Source: Chloroflexota bacterium
GTDB lineage: Bacteria; Chloroflexota; Dehalococcoidia; Lucifugimonadales; UBA3495
Assembly (NCBI GenBank): GCA_027623675.1
Contig: JAQBVF010000030.1
Span: forward strand, 1-45,047
DNA length: 45,047 nucleotides
Direction of reading: 5' to 3'
Positions 37,793-45,047 of this stretch are shown here, in pieces. The translations under genes and the position numbers were made by a program. The notes under the pieces were generated by a model. The model ran no database searches. It worked only from the letters and a program-made list of their open reading frames with translations, and was not told the DNA's origin. Within the stretch, counting starts at the first letter, position 1. Each line of letters starts with the position of its first letter.

Positions 37793-38236
37793 CTAGTAGT
37801 GACGCAGTTCCACGACGTTGTCGTCGGGGTCGTAGATGTATAGCGAGATGCCGTCGCCGTGGGAGCCCCAGCGTTTGCCGGGCCCGGCTTGGATGCCCAC
37901 GCCCATGGCCTCGAACTTGGCCTTTAATTCTTCCATATTGGTCGGCTCGATCACCATGCAGAAGTGGTCTTGGTTCTTCGCCCCGTCCCTGCCGATGGGT
38001 TCTTGGTCCGCGCCGAAGAAGTCGATGATCGTGTCGGCATTGATCCTAGCCGAGGGAAAACGTATCTCGCCGGCCCGCCACTGGTCCACCCGTTCGGCCT
38101 TCAGTCCCAGGACCTCGGTGTAGAACCGGAGTGATTCTTCCACATCCTTGTTCCGGAGAACGATGTGGTCCATCTCGGTGATCTTGACCAGCGCTTGGGT
38201 CCCGGTTGCGGTTTGGCTCTGAGTTTCTGTCGCCAT
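37793..38236 (-). CDS. VOC/glyoxalase family protein
   Basis: MDHIVL, QDHFCM, DPDDNVVELR; ATG 38236 after AGGAGG. Confidence 0.92.
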   Translation of the reverse strand: MATETQSQTATGTQALVKITEMDHIVLRNKDVEESLRFYTEVLGLKAERVDQWRAGEIRFPSARINADTIIDFFGADQEPIGRDGAKNQDHFCMVIEPTNMEELKAKFEAMGVGIQAGPGKRWGSHGDGISLYIYDPDDNVVELRHY

Positions 38237-38379
38237 GGTTCCTCCTGCTTTCGGCATGGGGGTCTCGGAGTTTGGAGTCAGTATACATCCTGGGACGGGC
38301 TGCCACACAGTCTTTCTAGGTGTCGCGGGGGAATGTTGCGGCCACCGCCCCCGGCGCGGCAGATCGCGCCGGCGGCCGT

Positions 38380-38835
38380 TTAGCCTGGCCCTTGAAGCGT
38401 CAAGATGATTATGGGGAATACCCTGGTTGTCCGCGTCTGGTAAAGCTCGTAACCCCCGTAGGCAGCCACGAAACTGGGCCATATCTGCCGGCGTTCTTCG
38501 CTGGTGGCGATCCGGGCAGCGGCTGGCTGTTTGTCCCTACCGATACGGACCGACACGGCGGGCTGTTCCCGGAGATTGAGCAGCCAGTCCGGCGCCTTTG
38601 GGTTGCCGCCCACCGAGGCTATGACACATGGGTCGCCGTGATGCCAGACGTAGAGCAGCGGGATCGTTCTTTCCCTTCCCGAGCGCCGCCCGGTGGTGCT
38701 CAACAGTAGGAACCGCGCTGTACCCCGGTGGGACACGATACGCCCGCCCAGCAAGACGTACAGTAGGCTGTGCAGCCGGCTCAGCAACGGTATGAACCGG
38801 AACCGATATCGAAGTCGTCGTATCATTGAGGCCAT
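38380..38835 (-). CDS. Deazaflavin (F420)-dependent nitroreductase family protein (DDN-like)
   Basis: LLLSTTGRRSGRER, ASVGG..KAPDWLLNL, YELYQTRTTRVFP. Confidence 0.92.
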   Translation of the reverse strand: MASMIRRLRYRFRFIPLLSRLHSLLYVLLGGRIVSHRGTARFLLLSTTGRRSGRERTIPLLYVWHHGDPCVIASVGGNPKAPDWLLNLREQPAVSVRIGRDKQPAAARIATSEERRQIWPSFVAAYGGYELYQTRTTRVFPIIILTLQGPG

Positions 38836-39017
38836 CGGTGGGAAGACGGTTGGAGGCGAATCCGGAACACGGGCAGTCTAACACGCTATATCCTGCCAGC
38901 CTGGACGTGATTCGCCCCTGAATGGCGAGGTTTCCGGTTTTATTTTCAGTTATAGTTGTAGGTAGCTTGCGTCTGTTTTTGGGCCGCTAAACCACATCTG
39001 GGAGACCCGCCCGCCTC

Positions 39018-40901
39018 ATGCCTCTGGTTTCAACAACCGGTCTGGCCGTCCACTACGGCGCCGACATCATATTCTCCGGCGTTAGCCTGGATATCAACGA
39101 ACGGGCCCGCATCGGCATCGTTGGCCCCAACGGTGGCGGCAAGACCTCACTATTGCGAGTGCTGGTGGGCCAGCAAAACCCCAGCGAAGGCAAGGTCTCC
39201 CTCACCAGAGGCGTTCAGATCGGCTACGTGCCCCAGCATCCCCCGGCCGAGTCCGCCGGCACCCTCCGAGAGGAGGTGCTTACCGCCTTCGACGAAGTTC
39301 GAAAGCTGGAAGTGGCTCTAGAGGTGGGTTCCCGGCAATTGGAGTCCCCGGACGGCGACGCCGAAGCCGCCGGACGCCGCTACGCCGACCTCTTGGAGAG
39401 GTTTGAAGCGCTGGGCGGTTATTCCTACGAAAGGGCCATGGAACGCATGGTGGACGGTCTGGGTCTCAGACGGGAAACCCTGGACTCGCCGGCATCGTCG
39501 GCCAGCGGCGGCGAGCGCACCAGGGCGGCCCTGGCCAAGGCCCTCTTGGGCAATCCCGACCTGCTGGTTCTGGACGAGCCGACCAACTACCTGGACCTTA
39601 AGGGCGTCACCTGGCTGGAGCGTTATCTGACTCACTTTGCTCCCGCCGTGGTTGTAGTTTCCCACGACCGCTATTTCCTGGACGAGATGGCTACCCAGAT
39701 CTGGGAGATGGACCACGGCCGTCTCAACACCTTTCCCGGCAACTTCTCCAAATACCGAACATTGAAGGGCGAGCGCGACCTGCGCCAGGCGAAAGAATTC
39801 GAGGCCCAGCAGGAATTCATCGCCAAGGAGCAGGCGTTCATCGACAAGTACCGGGCGGGGCAGCGGTCTCGGGAAGCCAAGGGACGGGAAACCCGGCTGC
39901 GCCGGTTGCAGCGCATCGACCGCCCAGATATCGACCGGTCCATCAAGATAGCCTCCGGCGCTGCCGGCCGCACCGGGCAGGTGGTGCTCAGCACCAAGGG
40001 GCTGAGAGTGGGCTACACCGACCGCTCCGGGCCCACGGAGCTGCTCAAAGTGCCCGACCTGAAGTTGGCCCGCGGCTCCCGCACGGCGGTGATCGGCGAC
40101 AATGGCACCGGCAAGACCACCTTCATCAAGACCGTCTTGGGGCAGGTGCCGCCTTTGGAGGGCTCGGTGGCGCTGGGCCAAAGCGTTAAGGTGGGCTACT
40201 ACAGCCAGGGTCTAGACGCTCTGGACGATGAACATACCGTGCTGGAGTCGTTCTTGGAGATCAAGAACATGCCCTTCGAGCAGGCCCGCTCCTACCTGGC
40301 CCGGTTCCTGTTCCAGGGCGAAGACGTATTTCGGGAGGTTGGCGCTTGCAGCGGCGGCGAAAAGAGCCGTTTGGCTTTGGCCCGTCTGCTCATCACCGGG
40401 CCCAACCTGCTGGTGTTGGACGAGCCCACCACCCACTTCGACATACCAAGCAGGGAGGCGCTGGAGCAGGTGCTGCTCAGCTATCCGGGAACCATCCTGT
40501 TGGTGTCCCACGACCGTCAGTTGGTGGCGCTGCTGGCCGAGTCCCTCCTGGTGACGGCGGATGGCAAGGTCACCAATTTTGAGGGAACGTTCGCGGAATG
40601 GAACCAGGCCCAGCGGGAGGCCGAGGCTGCCGCCTGGGCGGTCAGGGAGCAAGAGAAGCCCAGGCCGGTTGCCCGCCCCAAACCCGTCAAGTCTCAAGGC
40701 CCAAAGCGCCGCAACCCCGCAGCGCCGGTCGTCAACATGGAAAAAGTCATCATGGACCTGGAAGACAAGGTCAGGGAGATCGAGGGGAGATTGCAAGAAG
40801 CCACGTTGGGCCAGGACCTGGCGGAGATGACCCGGCTGGCCGAGGAGCATGGCCAAGTCCAGGCTGACCTGGAGCGGAAACTGGCGGAATGGGAGGACTG
40901 A
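39018..40901 (+). CDS. ABC-F family ATP-binding protein (Uup/YdiF-like)
   Basis: Two ABC domains (GPNGGGKT, SGGE, LDEPTN; GDNGTGKT, SGGE, LDEPT), helical linker, coiled-coil C-terminus, no TM segments. Confidence 0.94.
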   Translation: MPLVSTTGLAVHYGADIIFSGVSLDINERARIGIVGPNGGGKTSLLRVLVGQQNPSEGKVSLTRGVQIGYVPQHPPAESAGTLREEVLTAFDEVRKLEVALEVGSRQLESPDGDAEAAGRRYADLLERFEALGGYSYERAMERMVDGLGLRRETLDSPASSASGGERTRAALAKALLGNPDLLVLDEPTNYLDLKGVTWLERYLTHFAPAVVVVSHDRYFLDEMATQIWEMDHGRLNTFPGNFSKYRTLKGERDLRQAKEFEAQQEFIAKEQAFIDKYRAGQRSREAKGRETRLRRLQRIDRPDIDRSIKIASGAAGRTGQVVLSTKGLRVGYTDRSGPTELLKVPDLKLARGSRTAVIGDNGTGKTTFIKTVLGQVPPLEGSVALGQSVKVGYYSQGLDALDDEHTVLESFLEIKNMPFEQARSYLARFLFQGEDVFREVGACSGGEKSRLALARLLITGPNLLVLDEPTTHFDIPSREALEQVLLSYPGTILLVSHDRQLVALLAESLLVTADGKVTNFEGTFAEWNQAQREAEAAAWAVREQEKPRPVARPKPVKSQGPKRRNPAAPVVNMEKVIMDLEDKVREIEGRLQEATLGQDLAEMTRLAEEHGQVQADLERKLAEWED

Positions 40902-41043
40902 ACCGGCCTGGCGGCGCTCGAGCCGGTTGCACCCCAACAAATATAGACGCCCGTCGGCATCAACCTGATATCAACAGGTGACTTGCATGCGCCTCCGCGA
41001 GGCTCGAACTCGAGGCGAGATATCATCCCGCCCAGCGGCAGAT

Positions 41044-41079
41044 ACGATAGGCCCCGGAACTGATTCCGGGGCCTATCGT
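41044..41079. terminator. Strong hairpin between convergent ABC-F and OYE genes
   Basis: 16-bp perfect inverted repeat ACGATAGGCCCCGGAA/TTCCGGGGCCTATCGT with 4-nt loop; no U-tract. Confidence 0.6.
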
Positions 41080-41107
41080 GCGTTCGAGATATCTGCCTTG
41101 GACCCCT

Positions 41108-42205
41108 TTAGCGGGCGGGCGGAGCGAATTTTCTTAGCTCGGCGACCCTGGCGTATTGGGAAGGCCAAGAGGCCGAGCCGTCCAACTCGGTCTGAGCGTG
41201 GATCGGCCAGTATGGGTTCCGCAGTAGCTCCCGCGCCAGCAGTATGACGTCGGCCTCGCCGTTGTCCAGTATCTTTTCCGCTTGGGCGGGTTCGGTGATC
41301 AGGCCGACCGCTCCGGTGGCCATCTCCGCCTCGCTCTTGATGCGGGCTGCGAACTGGACCTGATAGCCCGGATAGGGGGTCAACTGCTGGGTCGAGGAAT
41401 TCCCCCCGGAGGAGCAGTCGATCAGATCGACGCCCACGTCCTTGAGCGAGCGGCTGAACTCGACACACTCATCCACGTCCCAGCCGTTGTCCATGTACTC
41501 CGTAGCCGACACGCGGACGAACAGAGGCATGGAATCTGGAATGGCATTGCGCACCGCCCGGGTGGCCTCCAACGGGAACCTGGTCCGGTTTTCCAGCGAG
41601 CCGCCGTACCGGTCGGTGCGGTGGTTGGACAAAGGCGACAGGAACTCGCACCCCAGGTAGCCGTGGGCCATGTGCAGTTCGATAACCTTCATGCCGGCGT
41701 TCACCGATAACCTGGCTGATTCGGCGAAGTCGTCGACCAACTGGGAGATGTCTTCGATAGTCAATTCCCGGGGGACGTTCCAGTCCTCTTGGAAACTGAT
41801 GGGACTGGGGGCGACCGACTCCCAGCCGCCCTCGCCGTCGGTGAGTTGTGTGCCGCCCTCCCAGGGTTTGTGATGGGAGGCCTTGCGTCCGGCATGGGCC
41901 AGTTGTATGGCTGGGACCGCGCCGTTGGCCGTGATTACGTCGGCCACGGGGCCCGCGGCCGCCACATGGCTTTCGTCCCACATGCCCAGGTCCCATGGCG
42001 TGATCCTGCCGTCGGGCCTGATCGCGGACGCCTCCAGCATGACCAATCCTGCCCCGCCCACGGCGCGGGTGCCGTAGTGGATGGAATGCCAGGGGCTGCA
42101 ACGGCCGTCCTCGGTCTCGGAGGAGTATTGGCACATGGGGGCGACGAATACCCGGTTGGGAATCTCTTCGCCTCGGATAGTGATCGGCGAGAACAGTTTA
42201 CTCAT
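41108..42205 (-). CDS. namA: NADH:flavin oxidoreductase, Old Yellow Enzyme of the YqjM/NamA subclass
   Basis: APMCQYS, QLAHAGRKAS, HMAHGYL, EFLSPLSNHRTDRYGGS, PSQYAR. Confidence 0.9.
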   Translation of the reverse strand: MSKLFSPITIRGEEIPNRVFVAPMCQYSSETEDGRCSPWHSIHYGTRAVGGAGLVMLEASAIRPDGRITPWDLGMWDESHVAAAGPVADVITANGAVPAIQLAHAGRKASHHKPWEGGTQLTDGEGGWESVAPSPISFQEDWNVPRELTIEDISQLVDDFAESARLSVNAGMKVIELHMAHGYLGCEFLSPLSNHRTDRYGGSLENRTRFPLEATRAVRNAIPDSMPLFVRVSATEYMDNGWDVDECVEFSRSLKDVGVDLIDCSSGGNSSTQQLTPYPGYQVQFAARIKSEAEMATGAVGLITEPAQAEKILDNGEADVILLARELLRNPYWPIHAQTELDGSASWPSQYARVAELRKFAPPAR

Positions 42206-42634
42206 GATTCTCCTAGCGGTTGACTCTTTCGCCAGCTTACCCGCGCCGCATGAGATGCCGTGGGTTGCCGGACGGGTGCGCCAAGGCCGGACGGGGCTGC
42301 TGGGGCGGGAGCGATTGTACTATCCGCAAAAACATCTCGGCAAACGCCGAGACATTGATGAACCGAGGGAAAGGGGGGTGGCCGGCGGGGGACGCTGATG
42401 GGAGAAGGCCAAATATTTGGGCAAAAAAATAAGCCCCAGCGCTAACTGGGAACTTGCGTAGTATCTTAGCACAATGGGTCCGCAGTTGTCAAGTTTTTGT
42501 GCGTAGATTCGGTAAATAGGGTCATATCAGGCAGGACGGGAATTCTTAGTGTCCCGGGCTTGGTGGTATTCATACTTGGGGCGGCTGGTAATATACTGCC
42601 CGGACACACTGTAAATCACAGATCTGGAGGCTCC

Positions 42635-43471
42635 ATGACAACCCAGGACATTAGAGGCAATCGGTTAGAGGGCAAGGTGGCCATCGTCACCGGCGCCGGC
42701 GCCACCGGAAGCGGCGAATTTGTGGGCATCGGCCAGGCCATATCGCTGCTGTTCACCCGCCAGGGCGCCAAGGTGATCTTGGTTGACCGGGACGAAAAGA
42801 ATGCCGAGGTTACGCTGGCCCAGATCAAAGAAGAAGGCGGCGACGCCACCGTCTTTGTCGGCGACGTCACCGACAAAGACTCTTGCCAGGGGATGACCGA
42901 AGCCGCCGTCAGCGCCTACGGGAAGCTGAACGTCCTGGTGAACAACGTGGGCATCAGCGGCCCCGGCTCGGTCACCGACGTTGAGGAGTCCTTCTGGGAC
43001 ACGGTGATGGATGTCAACCTGAAGAGCGTGATGCTCACCAGCAAGTTCGCCATCCCGGAGATGATCAAGGACGGCGGCGAGTCCATCATCAACCTGTCGT
43101 CGATCGTCGGGTTGCGGGCCGGCGGCGGCAGTCCCAGCCATGCCTATGCCGCCTCCAAGGGCGGGATACTGGGCTTAAGTAAATCCATGGCCGTGCACTA
43201 CGGGCGGGACAACATCCGGGTCAACAGCATAGCCCCCGGCCACATCTACAGCCCCATGGTCGCCCGGCATACCTCCGATGAACTGCTCAACCTGCGGCGG
43301 CGCGCCGGCCCCCTGGGATTCGACGGCACCCCCTGGGACGTGGCTTTCGCCATCCTGTTCCTGGCCTCCGACGAGGCCCGTTGGATCTCGGGAGTCACCC
43401 TGCCGGTGGACGCCGGACTACTAGCCGCCACGCCCCTGGCCATGTACCCCTATCTAAAGGACCCAGAGTAG
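42635..43471 (+). CDS. Short-chain dehydrogenase/reductase
   Basis: VTGAG...GIG, NNVG, YAASK, IRVNSIAPG; ATG after GGAGG. Confidence 0.93.
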   Translation: MTTQDIRGNRLEGKVAIVTGAGATGSGEFVGIGQAISLLFTRQGAKVILVDRDEKNAEVTLAQIKEEGGDATVFVGDVTDKDSCQGMTEAAVSAYGKLNVLVNNVGISGPGSVTDVEESFWDTVMDVNLKSVMLTSKFAIPEMIKDGGESIINLSSIVGLRAGGGSPSHAYAASKGGILGLSKSMAVHYGRDNIRVNSIAPGHIYSPMVARHTSDELLNLRRRAGPLGFDGTPWDVAFAILFLASDEARWISGVTLPVDAGLLAATPLAMYPYLKDPE

Positions 43472-43480
43472 CCCGGAAAT

Positions 43481-43545
43481 ATGGTTCGACGGGCTCAACA
43501 CGAGCGGGAGGGGTGACAGGCGCCCATCTTGAGCCTGCCGCAGGA
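43481..43545. repeat. Inverted pair of REP-like repeats between convergent genes
   Basis: ATGGTTCGACGGGCTCAACACGAGCGGG (43481-43508) and a degenerate opposite copy GCCCATCTTGAGCCTGCCGCAGGA (43522-43545). Confidence 0.55.
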
Positions 43546-43599
43546 CCTGGTTTGCGTCAATTTCCTAAAGCTGACGGTTAGTAGCCGGGCGCTGCCAAC

Positions 43600-44290
43600 T
43601 TAATCCCCCCGGAATATCTCGTTGGCCAGGTCGATGGCCGAGCGGACGAATGGCAGGCCGCAGTAGAAGGTGGCGTGGATGAATACCTCCACGATCTCCT
43701 CTTGGGACAGGCCCACGTTCAACGCCCCCCGGATGTGGCTGGCCAACTGACTCTCCCGGCCAAGAGCGGTCAGCGCGGCCATGGTGCAGATGGAGCGCTC
43801 GGGCAGGGTCAGCCCCGGGCGGTTCCAGATAGAGCCCCAGTAATACTCCTGGGTTAGCCTGTTGAATTCGCGCTCCGCCTGGGTCACCGTACCCTGTCCG
43901 CCTCCGGAAGGCGGCCCCATGTACTCGATCCGGCGGGCCACGCCACGGTTGAATAGATCATCAGGCGTCTCCGACGTGTCGAACACCTCCTGAGGAACAT
44001 AGTCCACGCCCCGCTCTTCAAACACCTCTTTGGCGATCGCCAGGGCATCCAGCGTCGCCGGGACGCCGCTGTAGAAAGAGGAATGCATCAGCACCTCGAT
44101 GATCTGGATGGGTGTCAGTCCCAGGTTCAGGGCGTTGCCCAGATGCCGGCGTGTTTGGTTGTCCCGTTTCAATACGGTCAGACACGTTAAAGTGACCATC
44201 TCCCGCTGGGTGTCCTTCAGGGCGGGCCGGTGCCAGATGCTGCCAAACAAGAATTCGCCGGCGATGCGGTTCAGTTGCGGGGGCCAGTAA
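43600..44290 (-). pseudogene. Two-domain carboxymuconolactone decarboxylase (CMD/AhpD-like) protein lacking its N-terminus
   Basis: Two GSIWxRPxL...HxxxALNxGL repeats. Family-like sequence continues upstream of the TTG (PQLNRIAGEF), then reaches a stop with no start codon or RBS. Confidence 0.75.
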
Positions 44291-44366
44291 AGGGGTGAGG
44301 ATTAGCGTGGATGGTGTGGGAGTGTGAGAGATGGTGATGTGCATTTAATGTGCATTCGACGCCCTC

Positions 44367-44399
44367 TCGGCAGGGCGGCCGGGACTTGAACCCGTGACC
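44367..44399 (-). mobile_element. tRNA 3'-half duplication (att site of an integrative element), probably tRNA-Trp-derived
   Basis: Minus strand GGTC-ACGGG-TTCAAGT-CCCGG-CCGCCCT-G-CCGA is a T-arm plus 3' acceptor strand. There is no D-arm or anticodon arm, and GC content drops here. Confidence 0.75.
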
Positions 44400-44507
44400 G
44401 ACGGAACACGGAAAAAAGGCCTAGTCAAAACCAATGTTGAAGGCCCTATGGTGTTGGTCCAAACCAAAACTCTCCCGACAAGGCTTACGCATATCTACGA
44501 TAAGCGA

Positions 44508-45047
44508 CTAGTCATTTTTCAGAATTTGAAGCCGTTCCGCATCGCTTCTTTCCATAAACCGCATGAACTCTGCGTCAAACTCTTCTAGGGACATGCCCGC
44601 AGCATTCTCGAAAGCGCTTTTCCACCCAAGCTTTTCAACCATGGGATGGAGTTCTTCAAGCAAGACATCTGTAGTGGTCAAATCAACCAAATAAGCAATT
44701 GCCCACGCTCCCATCTCATAACCCAAGCCAGAGCAGGGATCCTCGTAGGTCTCAATAGAGATGAGATTTCGGCTTCCGCACTCCCCCGATTCCGCATCAA
44801 TTCCAAACAACTTGCCCTCCATCTGAGATTCAAAAGCGAAGGGCCAATCACCCTTTGGCACCTGCGGGAGCCGTCCTTCTGAGGAAAGTGTGTGATGCCC
44901 GTGTTGAGCCATGTACTCGGCTGAGCCTTCGACGAACCACACTGGTCCCATGAGCTCATCACGCGCCTCGCGGTCGGTCGTGGAGATGAAGGAATGTTGC
45001 ACTGCGTGCCAATATTCGTGAAGGACTGTCTTGACATCCTCATCACC
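44508..45047 (-). CDS. Gluzincin-type zinc metallopeptidase-like protein, partial (5' end beyond window)
   Basis: Frame open to the edge: GDEDVKTVLHEYWHAVQH...PVWFVEGSAEY (HExxH plus downstream E); lower GC than the rest of the window. Confidence 0.8.
   Translation of the reverse strand, partial: GDEDVKTVLHEYWHAVQHSFISTTDREARDELMGPVWFVEGSAEYMAQHGHHTLSSEGRLPQVPKGDWPFAFESQMEGKLFGIDAESGECGSRNLISIETYEDPCSGLGYEMGAWAIAYLVDLTTTDVLLEELHPMVEKLGWKSAFENAAGMSLEEFDAEFMRFMERSDAERLQILKND

Noticed and set aside
44367..44399. Intact tRNA gene
   Set aside because: Only the T-arm and 3' acceptor strand are present; adjacent sequence cannot form D or anticodon arms.
1..45047. CRISPR array, rRNA, cas, retron/RT or recognisable anti-phage defence genes
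   Set aside because: I saw no regularly spaced repeats or diagnostic motifs.

Overview
High-GC bacterial chromosomal segment with about 45 genes, dominated by paralog-rich catabolic enzyme families: luciferase-like flavin/F420 oxidoreductases, two acyl-CoA-dehydrogenase-fold flavin monooxygenases, several alpha/beta hydrolases, an epoxide hydrolase, SDRs, three VOC/glyoxalase proteins, an enolase-superfamily racemase, FAA hydrolase, amidohydrolase, Old Yellow Enzyme, an F420-dependent DDN nitroreductase, a MDMPI/DinB-SCP2 protein and a lone molybdoenzyme large subunit. It also has two MFS transporters, a 4-gene ABC exporter, ynfA, an ABC-F ATPase and a DUF1800-DUF1501-NHL operon. This gene mix suggests SAR202-type Chloroflexota (Dehalococcoidia); that is inference, as there is no marker gene here. 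Both ends touch mobile DNA: an IS6-like terminal inverted repeat truncates the first gene, and a tRNA 3'-half (att site) near 44.4 kb borders a probable integrated island. Several genes are broken by a nonsense codon, frameshift or truncation. The best leads are the signal-less DUF1800/DUF1501/NHL operon, a REP-like repeat split by a 96-bp structured insert, and unannotated microproteins (a CHCC zinc-ribbon pair and a 41-aa basic peptide). I found no rRNA, intact tRNA or CRISPR array. All calls were made by eye without database searches.
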